The notes: generated by a model not told the origin, from the sequence alone. 64,000 nucleotides of DNA from Felis catus (GCF_018350175.1 NC_058368.1:17734001-17798000); one strand, 5' to 3'; positions 1-12,307 are shown, counted from the stretch's first letter. Program-made: numbers and translations.

Positions 1-156
1 GCTGGCTCCTTCTGAAATGGCATCTCTATAAAGATATGTCCCACCCCCCACCTGCTTCATCAAAGTCTCTGTTCCTTTACCTCACTTTATTTCCTCTGTA
101 GCACTTACTATGGTTTGTAAATACCGTGCATGTGTGTGCATGTGCGTGTGTATGCG

Positions 157-226
<70 letters not shown>

Positions 227-355
227 TAACTTCAGTCTCTTCCACTAGAATAAGAGTTTCAGTTATGGGAGACTTCTGTATATTTTCTTCTCTACTCTAT
301 CCCCAAAACAGTGCCTGGCTCGTAATAGTCACTCACTAAGTAAATGTTGAATGAA
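1..355 (+). mobile_element. L2 LINE 3' fragment (ancient), interrupted by a microsatellite
   Basis: acagtgcctggctcgtaatagtcactcactaagtaaatgttgaatgaa resembles the L2 3' terminus. Confidence 0.65.
131..222. repeat. Compound (TG)n(AG)n microsatellite
   Basis: Direct reading. Confidence 0.97.
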
Positions 356-1195
356 AGGCAAGGTAAAAGAGAAACAAAGAAAGGAAGCAAAGTAGGCAAA
401 CAGCTTAGTCCCCGAAAAACAGAGTAAATCTGGGATTTTATTACAAGAATAACTCTAGTCCTGCTTTGGCACGGAACTTTTGGAGAGACGTCCCCAAACC
501 AACTTTATAGCGTTTATAGCCTCATACAGAGTGTGTTAAACTTAACAGGATAATAGATCCTGAAAGATCACATCTCTACCTCGGGGTAGGTCTCACTGGC
601 ACAATGAGCTCCGTTAATAATGATATGTAGGATAAGTATTTTTCAAGGGTAGCAGAGTCCCCTTCATGGGCCAAATTTTCTGATAACCATCCATGAATGT
701 GGCTGGGGAATAATCTCCATTTGTAAATCTTGGGAATAATTTCCATTTTGAATTATTCTTCAGCTGGATTAAATAAATCTAGGAGGGAGAATTAATGGGT
801 AGCTAAGAGATGGCAAGTGCTTTAGAACCTTTCAAGAAGTCAGCAAAATTTGTGGGCAATCCATTCAGTCTCGGGCTCATAACATGGAACATAATCCATT
901 GTTCATTAATAAATAGGTATTGACCTACACACAGTTCCATGACCTAACATGATGAGCAGAGTACATGATTCTTTATTAATTATTGGACAATCATTCCAGA
1001 GAAAGTAACCGGTGAGGGCAATTCTTTGAAAATAGTCCATGTGACAGTAGTCATGTGTATTAAATAAAGATGAAAAAGAAGCCTAAAGGATTGACTACTG
1101 AGGACCCAGGAGACAGAGAGTATATTTTTTTTTCTCCAGGGAAGTTAATAGAATAGCAGGGGTTTGAACTTTAGGGGCTCTTCACTGGCAAGGCT

Positions 1196-1629
1196 GATAG
1201 CAGATGATGTAGATATTCCGCCCAATGCCTTTATACCCCTTCGCTGGTCCTGGGGTCTCATCCTTAGCTTCTGATTGTGCACTACTTCTAACAGTTTACC
1301 CTTCGACCCTCTTCAGAGGACCCATGAGCCTGATGCCACAGCGCCCCAACTCTCAGAGAGCTTAAGTGCCCCCTGGTGTGGCAAGTGGCCAATGTCTGAC
1401 TGGCGCAGGAGTATGGAAGCCAGCTTTCTTGCCTCCAGGTGGGACAAATTCTACAGTGGAACGAATGTTCTAGAGTCCCAGTGAGTTGAGGCTGAGGCTG
1501 GGACCTCACCTGAAATCGCACTTTTGCCTGGTGTTTACCCCTTCACTCTGTTACTTCCCATTCTCTTACTGGTTTCTTCGAATAAGAATCCTCATCTCAG
1601 CATCTGCTCTGGGAAACCTGATTTGAGAC
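1196..1629 (+). mobile_element. ERVL-class solo LTR, LTR16-like
   Basis: Starts tgatagcagatgatgtag, ends aatcctcatctcagcatctgctctgggaaacctgatttgagaca, as in recalled LTR16 termini. Confidence 0.65.
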
Positions 1630-1953
1630 AAGAGCAAGTGAACAAAATCTTTCTTGCTTTTTTGGTTTCATGGTAAAGGTTTGTGAGGTTTCCGCTGTCA
1701 GAGGCTTAACCACCCTACCCACCTAACAACACACCGGAGCCTTGCCATCACCTGAAAGACCCACAGCCAGGATAAAGTCTTTGGCGTCACCCATCACCCC
1801 ACACTACTGTCTTCCGGGGGGCAAATCCAACTCCATGTCTTGCACGTGCATATGTATCATTTCCAGTAATTGTTATGGTTCTGGATCTCTTCTTGTTTGT
1901 GTCATAAAACATGTAGTCAGCTCATCAAACCAGCTAACAGATGAAAATACAAA

Positions 1954-2081
1954 GAGGGCCACCTGGGTGGCTCAGTCATTTGAGCGTCTGACTTTTGATT
2001 TCAGCTCATGTCATGATCTCACAGTTTGTGGGATTGAGCCCTGTGTAGAGCTCTGTGCTGGCAGCTTGGAGCCTACTTGGG

Positions 2082-2130
<49 letters not shown>

Positions 2131-2186
2131 GTCCCTCTCCAACTCTCTCTCTCTCAAAATAAATAAGTAAACATTAAAAAAAAAAA
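1954..2186 (+). mobile_element. Can-SINE
   Basis: gggccacctgggtggctcagtc head, long (CT)n, aataaa + A tail. Confidence 0.95.
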
Positions 2187-2553
2187 GAAAATAGGAAGGA
2201 AACTAAATAAAGTTATTTAAAAAGTGTACCATAGGAAAAAAATGTTTGAGAATGCCATCAGATATTGCCACTAATTACTCATATATATAGATATATGTGT
2301 GTAATCTATATATTTTGTGATTTAAATTCAGCAACTGGCTCAGATCCAAAATAAGCAACTAATGTTCAGTGTGATTTGAAAGAAAATATTCTTCTATTTC
2401 AGATATGAAGACTTTCATTTACCAAGTAATTTTCAATTACCAAGTAATTCATAAAATACAGAACCATTAAATCAATATGGGTTTATTCTGGTAGTTTGGA
2501 TTATTCAAAAATACAGCCAGCCCATCAAACTACCCTCAAAAGAATATACAAAA

Positions 2554-2572
2554 GCATATACACACACATGCG

Positions 2573-2613
<41 letters not shown>
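2554..2613. repeat. (CA)n-(CG)5-(CA)n alternating purine-pyrimidine microsatellite
   Basis: Direct reading. Confidence 0.95.
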
Positions 2614-2615
<2 letters not shown>

Positions 2616-2769
2616 TTGAGAAGCAGGAAATGGTGGGAATCAATCTGGTAAAATCAAGATGTGTCAATAGGATTTAAGCAAATCTAAAGAAACACTAAGC
2701 CATCAAATCCCTGATTCCTTACTCCTTGATTCCTTTCCTCCCATTCTTCCTCTTTCCCTGTCTCCCTCA

Positions 2770-3470
2770 ATTCCTTCATCAATTCAACAAATACTTATTA
2801 ATAATAGTATAGGACTATTATAATAATAGTCTCCTACTCTGACTGAGGGTCATTGGGTGCTGGAGATCTTATTGGAAACAAGGTGGCTACAGTCCCTGCT
2901 ATCAAGGAGCTATTGTCTAGTCAAGGAAGTACTAAACAATAATTACGGAGATAATTATGTAATGATAATTGTGATACGTGCTTTGATGAAAAGAAGTTCA
3001 GGATGTTAAGAGAGCATATCACAAGGGAGCTCAATAGAGTGTGGTCAGTGTAGGAGAACCTTAAGTCAGAAATGAAATTTATGCTGAGACCTGGAAGAGG
3101 AAGAGCGGGAGCAAGCCAGGTGGAAATGCGGGAGGCCAGGCAAGAGTGTACTTGCACTAGGGGGATGGGAAATGGAGAAATGTAGGCAGACTGAGGTCTT
3201 GTTAAAGGATAGTTCAAGAACGAAATGAGTGCCATCTTGGGTGTAAGCAAGAGATGGGGATGGGGGTAACTACTTCCAGAGTTTGAGAGCTTGAAGCCTA
3301 AAAACCTCTCCAGAAATTTCATCTGTACCGGTAGATGGAACCGTATGGTGTTCAACATTAACCAGTAAATCTTGAGCACCTATCATATGTGCAACGTTAT
3401 ACAAGCTGGAGACCCAGCAGCGAACAAGATAGAAAGGGTCTTTGGTCTAAGGAGGTTTATGTTCTAGTTA
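2770..3470 (-). mobile_element. L2 LINE fragments (two pieces, approx. 2770-3200 and 3350-3470)
   Basis: ttcatcaattcaacaaatacttatt..., gtccctgctatcaaggagct, ttgagcacctatcatatgtgc are reverse-strand L2 3' motifs. Confidence 0.6.
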
Positions 3471-4609
3471 AGACCAATTCTCAGGGATCACTCACATCAC
3501 TTGCATTATTTTGAAGCCATCCCTCGTATATATTACACGTATGTTTCTTAGAAGTTCAGTTGGATGAAATCAACCAGATAGAAGAGGGAATTTTTTCATG
3601 GAACATAAATATAAATACAAAACATCCAGAGTTCGGGAGAGTTCTGTGATTTTCCAACAGCCCAGTAGACACACTGTACCTTGAACTTCTCCAAAGGAAA
3701 AGTAGATTTTTTTCCTCTGTGAGCCTGATTCCATTGTTTAAACCCACATGCTCCATAATAACAAATTAGCACCATGTTTTACAATAGTAAGAGGGAAAAG
3801 TCTTTTTGAGTACATTAGGCTATCAGGAAAGTTTATATGTTTTAGACAATATGGTAGTCCATGAGTAGTAACAGGACTAAATGAAACCAGGAAATTCGGG
3901 ACCATTCTTCCATGGCCTCTCTCTTCCCCTGTCATGCCAATAAAGGCTTGTTATTATAATGCACACAAAAAGCATTTTACTAGAGGGCAAGTTTGTCTGT
4001 GATCCTTTCAGGAAATTAGAGAAGCAAATCTGTTTAAACTTTCCCTTCTGCTCTCTCTGATGCTCCATCAAACAGGACTGTAAGCTTGCTTGGTTGGCAA
4101 ATTGCTGCTTTCAACAATGGGGAATACTCTTCTTGACAGATAAAATAGAGGTTAATGGGACAGAAAGCAGCAAACCACAGCCACCTGCCAAGTCAATGGA
4201 AAAAGATGCTGTGGCGGCACTCCAGGGCGGCCTGGAAGAGGAGATGGGGTAGGAGAGGTGTGGCCGAGTTTTGGGGGGAGGCTCAAGTCAGTTCGTGGTG
4301 CAGCCCTTGTTAGTAATAGAGACAGAAGAGAAAGTACAACGAATCCCGCCTTACTACGAGTAACCACGGAATTCCACAGATCTTTTCGCCTTTTGAGGAA
4401 ATTGTAGTTTAACCTCTGCTTTTTTCATAATCGGGCCCATCAACATTTCAGAGCCTACTATGTATCACTGTGTCTGTCTGCTCTACTTTGGTATCTTGGT
4501 GCTCAGTAAAACGCCTGGACCACAGCAGACGACTGATCTATGTCCGTGGCATGAATGAGTATCAGACACTGTATCTGTGTTGAGAACAGAAACATGAAAT
4601 AACTCATTA

Positions 4610-4858
4610 TATTAACAGCTGTTTATGTATATAGACTGTGAGGCGTGCACTGAACAGTTTACAAGTGGCAACTCACTTAATCATTTTTGCCTCCACCGTT
4701 TCCCAGAAAGGAGAGAAGCAAATCTGTTTATATTTTCCCCACGTGATTCCCTTTGTGAAGATGAAAAAATTGACTTACGTGCAAGGTAAGTAACTTGCCT
4801 AGTATCTCAAATAAATGATAAAACTTCAACGTGGACTTGGGTCAAACTGATTCTAGAA
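4610..4858 (-). mobile_element. MIR SINE (ancient)
   Basis: gatgaaaaaattgact...aggtaagtaacttgcctag MIR core in reverse. Confidence 0.6.
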
Positions 4859-5674
4859 ATTTCTCCAGTGCTCAGAGAATGTATTAGGATGAGCTAGTCC
4901 AGTTTCTTCTCGCATTTGTTAGACAGCACTTGTCTTTGCTAGAACTTCCATGCCAAGGAGAGATGAAACATATTTTCTTCCTTTGAATTTATGGGTCTTC
5001 TTAGAAGACTCCACGTCTCTGTGTCCACCTTGCATGGTGGTTCTAGTTATTAAAGGCCTGCCGCTGGCTGAATTGGCATCCAACTCCTGAGGTGATGGAA
5101 CTAAACCAGCACTCTCGTGGCAACACCATCCCTTCTAGAGAATGTGGGGAGCTGGGGTCCAGTAAGCTTGCTTGATGAATTCAGACAACTGATTCTTCCT
5201 CGGTGTGAACCTGACCATGAACACGCCCCCAGGCCAGGTGTTTTGACCCTCCCCTGACTCTGTCCAAGCCCTGGGCACACTCCAGATCCTTCTCGGGCTA
5301 CTGTCTGCTTGTAAATGCTCAGCGGTTGGTCGGGAGCCATCATGCTTCCTCAGACCCACCCAGAGATTTGGCCACAGTCCCCCCCACTGTACAGTGTTGT
5401 TCAAGCACGACACAAAGCGCAGTGGCTCAGGCAGTCCTGCCCTCTCGCCGACGCCATCTGACACAAAACTCCACGGGTCCTTGGCCTTTCTGTGCTCTGC
5501 GTTTGAACCTGAGCCCCACTAGTCCCTAGCATACTTCTTTCTTCACTAGGTCGCTGCTAAGCTCCCAGCCTTGTGGCCGTGAGTGCCTGGGTCCAGATGT
5601 AATGAGACGACTGACTTCATTTTTCAAGGTGGACTATCTTTCCTCTGTGATATTTTAACATTTTCACCATGTTT

Positions 5675-5832
5675 GGGGCACCTGGGTGGCTCAGCTGGCT
5701 AAGCGGCAGACTTCGGCTCAACTCATGATCTCACGGTTCAAGTTCGAGCCCTGTATCAGGCTCTGCGCTGACACAGGGAGCCTGCTTCTGCCTCTCAAAA
5801 ACTGAATAAACATAAAAAAAATTAAAAAAAAA
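5675..5832 (+). mobile_element. Can-SINE (lacks most of CT region)
   Basis: ggggcacctgggtggctcag head, A tail, TSD ttttcaccatgtt on both sides. Confidence 0.95.
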
Positions 5833-6297
5833 CCTTTTCACCATGTTAAGATACACATGAAAAGCTTGTGTAGCAAAGAAGTAGATATTTTTGACTTCAT
5901 CTTTTTTGCTTTATAAATAATGAGGGCTGGAAGGTGGAAGGATCAGTGGAGAGACAAAAGCTTTTGTCCTCTTAAATATCACGCACGCAAGTTTGATAGG
6001 CCTTATCTTCTTGAATAAACTCCTTCATGTCTCTTCATATTCACACCACCTTGTCTGCATATGCATTTAGAAAAAACAAGAACAAAAGGAATCTATTTGT
6101 TCTTTTGAGAAGTTACTGAACAAAGGTGTCACTAGTAAAAAAAGAAACAAGTTTTAAGCCTTTGGCCTAAAACATACAAAAGCTTTAATTCAAACGTTTA
6201 ATGGAACAAGTGGTTAAAATGATACCTCCTGTCCTCCTGTGTCTGGAAAGAGAAGAGAATGCCCCAACTTGTCACTGGGTAAAAAATGTAGAGATAA

Positions 6298-6458
6298 GGG
6301 CACGCCTGCATGGCTCAGTCGGTCAAGTGTTCGACTTCGGCTCAGGTCATGATCTCACAGTCTGTGAGTTCGAGCCCCGCGTTGGGCTCTGTGCTGACAG
6401 CTCAGAGCCCGGAGCCTGCTTCAGATTCTGTGTCTCCCTCTCTCTCTGCCCTTCCCCT
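6298..6458 (+). mobile_element. Can-SINE, 3'-truncated (no tail); left arm of a fold-back pair
   Basis: gcctgcatggctcagtcggtc...gttcgagccccgc...tctctctgcccttcccct. Confidence 0.93.
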
Positions 6459-6632
6459 TATTTATTTTTGACAGAGAGAGAGAAAGAGCAGGGGAAGGGC
6501 AGAGGAGAGAGGGAGACACAGAATCAGAAGCAGGCTCCGGGCTCTGAGCTGTCAGCACAGAGCCCTATGCGGTGCTTGAACTCACGCCCTGCGAGATCAT
6601 GACCTCAACTGACTGAGCCACCCAGGCGCCCC
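6459..6632 (-). mobile_element. Can-SINE; right arm of a fold-back pair
   Basis: Ends gactgagccacccaggcgcccc (reverse head), GA-rich body. Confidence 0.93.
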
Positions 6633-7647
6633 TTGTGACTTTTGTATAAATCTGAGCTCATTTCAAAATCAAAATTAAACAAATATAAAAATTTAACTGT
6701 GTCTAAATACATGAATGTATACCTATACCCACGTATATATAAAAATATAAATTACACACACACACACGTACATATGTAAAATGACTGGGAGACTTTCATG
6801 CTTGTAAATACAAAGAGCAAGAACCCAATAAAAACGTGGGTCCTATGGCATGCAAAATGAGAACTGATGGCAATTTTTATTGTGCAATTTGCCCCATGAA
6901 AACATGCATTCACCCTCTTCCCCTGCATTCGCACTCCTTGCTCTGCGGGGCACAGCACTCAGTGTGGTATCTGGGGAGTCCCTGCCCTCAAGTTGCATCC
7001 GCTGTCCCACAAAGCCCCCTCCCATTCCTGCCGACCACAGCGGATCAGAGCGGACCACAGCCAACGAAGCGAACAGCCTACTAAACCCGCCGAAATAAAG
7101 AGGACATCCTGGCATTCGTCATAAAGCAGCGCCAAGCGGTAAGTGAGCGGTGTATGTGTGCAGACGCAGGTGTCCCGGTGAGGAAGGACAGGGGCGCTGG
7201 CTCCACCTGCTCCAGGAGGGGCACAGGCAGCAGAGGGACACAGGTCCCCCTTCCTCCACAAAGCGCCTCCAGGCTACTGGTTATGCACAGTCCACGTGGG
7301 AAACAACACTTCCCACGGAAGGAAAGGGGCTTTTCTGGCTGATAATATAGATTTCACACAAGCAAAGCATATGCTCGCTAGGAGAAACCTCCAGGAGTTT
7401 TCCGGAGTTTTCCGTGCCATCTAAGCCGTCTCTGGCAACTCCAGCAGGGCAGGAGGGTGCAGGGTCAGGACTACGGTAAGGAATTCAGCCTGAACAGGAC
7501 AGAGGCTTTTTCACACTTCGAGCCTTGTCAAGGACCATTTCTGTGTCCTTGTGACTTTATCCTTCCTTCACTTCTCCTCCTTCCACCTAGCACATCACAG
7601 CATCACAGATTTTAGAGACAAGGGACACTGGAGAAGGATCATCTACA

Positions 7648-8028
7648 GCAAGGCTTGGCAACCTTTTTCTGAAAAGAGCCAGAGAGTAAATACTTTAGGT
7701 CAAAAGCAGCCATAGAGGGGGCGCCTGGGGGGCTCAGTCGGTTAAGGGTCTGACTCTTGATTTTGGCTCAGGTCATGATCTCACGGTTTGTGAGTTCGAG
7801 CCCCACATTGGGCTCTGCACTGACAGCTTGGGAGCCTGCTTGGGATTCTCTCTGTCTTCCCCTCCCCTGCTCTCTCTTTCTCTCTCTCTCTCTCTCAAAG
7901 TAAATAAACTTAATTAAAAAAACAGCTGTAGACACTAAGTAAACACATGAGCATGGCTGTGTTTCAATAAAACTTACTGAAAAAACAAACAGGACATACT
8001 TGTCACATGACATGCTCACCCTTGATAT
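7648..8028 (+). mobile_element. MER58A-like hAT-Charlie DNA transposon relic, interrupted by a Can-SINE
   Basis: ggcaacctttttctgaaaagagccagagagtaaatact ... catggctgtgtttcaataaaactta. Confidence 0.65.
7717..7922 (+). mobile_element. Can-SINE
   Basis: gggggcgcctggggggctcagtcggttaag head, CT tract, tail; degenerate TSD aaaagcagccataga / aaaacagctgtaga. Confidence 0.95.
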
Positions 8029-8426
8029 AGGTCATCTCCTGTATTTCACCAATGACCAAAGTCACCTTCCCAGGTCTCTTGAATGTGTTTTCTTCAGTAG
8101 GGAGATTCTTTCTTTTTGTTTATAACTTTGAATTTCCTGGTTGTAATCTAAAGCAGGGTGCTGATGCTGGGTTATTCTTAACCAAAAAACCAGTCCTATT
8201 TGGGCAATGAGGATGTACACCACATCATTACCTTCCTGTGCTTTTAAAGTTAACTTCCCAACGCCAAAGGAAATAATTATAAAATTGTGTGTGGTCGGGG
8301 GGCGGGGCGGGGGGGGGGATAAACCAACAACCTCTTTTACCAACAAACCAGTGAAACAGGTGTATTTCATATCAATATAAATAAATCACCAGTGTGAAAA
8401 CAACTAGGTAAAAAATGAGCAGGCTT

Positions 8427-9084
8427 AGATGAAGAGACAAAATGTGGTGGGTCCGTATAATGGAATATTATTCAGCCGTAAGAAGGAATGAACTTCTGGC
8501 ACATGTTAGACAACATGGATGAACTTTAAAGACATTATGCTAAGTGAAAAAAGCCAGACCCTGGGGCATCTGGGTGGCTCAGTTGGGTAAGCATGCAACT
8601 CTTGCTCTCAGCTCAGGTCACGGTCTCACGGTTTGTGGGTTTGAGCCCCATGTCGGTCTGTGCACCGACAGCACGGAATCTGCTTGGGATTCTCACTCTT
8701 TCCCTCTCTCTGCCCCTCCCCTGCTTGTGCTCTCTCTCTTTCTCAAGACAAATACATAAACATTAAAAACACATTTAAAAAGGCCAGACACCAAAGGACA
8801 AACAAATATTGTAGGAGTCCACGTGTATGAGGTGCTTTGAATAGGGAAATTCATAGAGACAGAAAGTAGAATAGTGGTTACTAGGGTCTGGCAGAAGAAG
8901 ATGATGGAGAGTTATTGTTTACTGGGCACAGATGCTGTTTAGGATGATGAAAACGTTAGAAAATGGTTAGTGATGATGGTTGCACCACACCGTGAATTTA
9001 CTTAACGCCGTTGAATTGCACACTTAGAAATGGTTAAAATGATACATTTTTATGTTACATACATTTTGTCACAATATAACAAAA
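8427..9084 (+). mobile_element. L1 3' end (L1MB-like), interrupted by a Can-SINE
   Basis: aatggaatattattcagcc, acaacatggatgaact, gacagaaagtagaatagtggtt, cacacttagaaatggttaaaatg L1 3'UTR motifs. Confidence 0.85.
8563..8780 (+). mobile_element. Can-SINE
   Basis: ggggcatctgggtggctcag head; TSD aaaaaagccagac / aaaaaggccagac. Confidence 0.95.
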
Positions 9085-11280
9085 CAAGAGCAGTGTTATG
9101 TGGGGGTAGAGAGCCGGGTAGAGATGGTTCAATCAGAGAAACTGATCCTGAAAGAGCTAAGAAACACACGTTCCAGTATTTTGGTGGGTGTGGCCGCCCA
9201 GGTGCCATGCTTCACTTCCTCTCACACTTCGCTTCCTCTCTCAGTGGTGTTCCTGACCCTGCCACACCAAACCTGCTCATTGCTCGTCCTTCTAATCAGA
9301 TCCACTCAGGGGCCTTTCTCTTAAAGTCTGCGCTGACTCAAGGTCCTGCACCATCCCCTCCTGAATTCCAGTAAGAGCCACATAACCATGGAACAGGTGG
9401 CTAAGCTGTTTTGCCTACACAGCATTCCCACGACACAAAGCAATGGCAAAATAAAACTACCCTGGTGCTTCCAGAAGCATAAGCAAATCCTAGTTCAAGT
9501 GTCAGAAAAGTAGGGTGAGTGCATCTGAATTCTTATGATCGCACCAATCCAATGGGCCTCTGTTCTGGGGCCCAGGGAATCACTTCACTAATGTCCACAT
9601 TTGCGCCATTTACACGGAAAAGATGGTTTTCCCTTTGTCCTGTCTGGCCAGCTTGTTGTTATGAATCCTTGCCCCTTAGCACCGAATTCATCCTGAAAGT
9701 TTCACTAGAGATAACGCCACTGGGAAGGTGATAAGGCACACACATTGGCTCTATATACACAACGTAGGCTGGTGGCCTTTGTGTTCACGCTGTGAACCGA
9801 CCCAGAATCCGATCTCCGAGTGGGGAAGGCTGAGACGACCAGCGGGGCTTTCTTCAGCGTATGGTGACAGATTATCCTCTGGCTGTCTGTCATTGCTGTT
9901 TATAAAGGCTGGAATGACCTCAGATTCTGCTCCTCTGACTCATAAATGGCCCCAAAAGAGAGTGTGAAGGTACCTAGGCTGTCTCTAATTGCCTGTCCTC
10001 TGTGTAGCCTGCGGCTGCAGACAATTTTCCAGGAAACCTACGTGAAGACGTACTGCACTCCGTCCTGATGGCATTTTATCAGCCCTCTTCTCTTTGTCTG
10101 TCATGCTTCCATCAGCCACCAAGCAGCCTCTGAATATATTCTCGGTGTCCGGTCCTCCGTTTAAGAGGTTTTCCTGGACGATCCCTCCTTGTGCGTAAGG
10201 TGGCGGCTGCGGACGAGCCTCATCCAATTTGGTCAAGCACAACCCTGAGACCCTCCGGTAAATTACAGTCACTGCTGCAAAAGTATGAGGGACGGTATCG
10301 GGGAGCCACTCTCCTACAACCTCATTTCCAAGTTATGATGAAAGCAAGCCTCAGACCTGCTTGCTACACAGACAGACGCTTATTAAACAAACAGCAATCA
10401 AGGCACAAACCAGGTCATCGACCTGTCCTGGGAGCTAGTTAAATCTTAGCTCTCTATCCTTTAAGTGTTTGCAAACACCACTTTGCATGAAGGAGCCACT
10501 GGAGCAACGTTCCAGGGCAGGACTCTGGTCCCTTTGGCCACAAACAACCAAAAGTTCTCCGAACAAAGACTGGAAATTGAGCTTTTTAGGGATGATCCAG
10601 CCTTGGCTGCCATTCCTGAGGGCATTATATGCATAGCGGGCATGCTTCAGTGAACCTGTACCAGTTGTCAGAAATACTAAAATATGTACCTCTCTGTACT
10701 GGTGGGTGAACAGCCACTTCTCCAAGTTCCCCAAGTGTCCCATTGTCCCTTCCCTGTCTGGGAACCCTAGAGAATCCTAGCCTCATGTCCCAGAAACCAA
10801 AAAGCTAGTGCCTGGCACAGCAGGACCCCTGGGGAGCTTGCTCCAGTGCTGTGGCCAAGATTTTAGTGTGGATTGGTCAGGGCCCACGGAAAATCGGTTG
10901 TTTGAGAGTTTGAGTATCACAGGGACTTAGAATAATGGCTAAAGGCAGGGTGGATGTTTCCATCCCTTCAAGCAAGGATAAGGAGTGCCTTTAACTCTTG
11001 GAGCTAATCCACAGTCTCACTGAGAAGAATCCATGTCTAACATTCATCATGCTAATTAATAAGATATTAATTCCACCAATAAAAATCCACTTCTGACAGG
11101 GCTGTGCGAATAGTAAAGCTGCCGGTGTTGGCTGGGATACAGATAACAGAACACTCGCACCAGCAGCCTTGAGTATCTGTTCTGGAAGATGCACCTGGGT
11201 TGTGACTGTCCCTAACTGACAGACACATCTCTCCTTATCCTGAAGTATTTTCATATGAATTACAGGCATTATAACAGTGG

Positions 11281-11738
11281 TGTCAAGGAGGTGAGGAATC
11301 TGAGATTTTACTGTGCTTGCGAGCTGACACGTTAAACTGCCACCATTTCACAGAAGCTGGAGGAGACAAGAGACTCCCACATCAGAGATGTGGAGATGTA
11401 TTATTCACAGACAGCAAGCAGCATGAGCTTCACATTTGCATCCACCCCCTTGCCTCCCACATCTCACAGGGGCTGATGCGGCAAAGTCAGTGAGTTTGGG
11501 TCACAGTTGAGGAATCCCATGTTTAGAGAACCCCAACTTTTTATAATAGGCTGTAAACAAATCCGCCCAAACTTCACACCAGAGGGAGACATTATCTTTA
11601 TTATACTAAACAATAAACAAACCTGCCGTCTGCTCCAGCAGGATTCAAGACCTATCTGTTCATTATACAAACATCTTTGACAAGACAGTTCAGAACCAAG
11701 AGCTCTGGAGACATGCTAAATAATTGCCTTCTGATAGC
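11281..11738 (-). mobile_element. ERVL solo LTR, LTR40-like
   Basis: Minus strand has gtataataaagataatgtctccctctgg, attataaaag, tgaagctcatgctgcttgctg and ends aaaatctcag...cttgaca, as in recalled LTR40. Confidence 0.75.
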
Positions 11739-11847
11739 AGCATGAAAGGAACTGGCCAGAAGTCTGAGTGGAAACATACTAATTCACCAGGATGGCTGAG
11801 CACTCATTTTCACAGATACGATTTCAAAGTAGAATTAGCAGGAGTAT

Positions 11848-12008
11848 GAGGGAATCCTTTGGGGGTAGAGGAAATGTTCGATGTTTTTATTTTGGTGGTG
11901 GTTACGTGATTTTACAAACTTGTCAAAATCCTTTGAATTGTACTCTTAATATTCGTAAATTTTGCCGTATGGAAATTATATCCCAATAAAGCTGACTTTT
12001 TAAAAAAG
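11848..12008 (+). mobile_element. Old L1 (L1MD/ME-like) 3' terminus
   Basis: ggaaatgttcgatgtttttattttggtggtggttac ... aaattatatcccaataaagctg. Confidence 0.7.
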
Positions 12009-12307
12009 CAAACACAAACAAAATACAAAAACAAACAAAAAAACCCCAACCGAACAAAAAAACCCAAAATAGTATTGGTATATGGGAATATCTATTTGCA
12101 GTAATGCTTAGCGTAAGTATGATGTTTTCCCCTACAACATCCCCGCGACAAACACTCATAGATAATGAAATCAAGTCAAAAGGGTTCAGTAGCTCTCCAA
12201 GCTCCTGGGCAGGGGTCGGGGGAGGGCTTTTGAGAATCGTTGGCAGATAAAGTCTAGAGGTCAAGTTTCTCAGCTTCCTAATATCAGACTTCCAAATGTG
12301 GTCGACC

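Noticed and set aside
8297..8318. G-rich run ggggggcggggcgggggggggg (possible G-quadruplex)
   Set aside because: Isolated homopolymer-like run, common and error-prone; no supporting context
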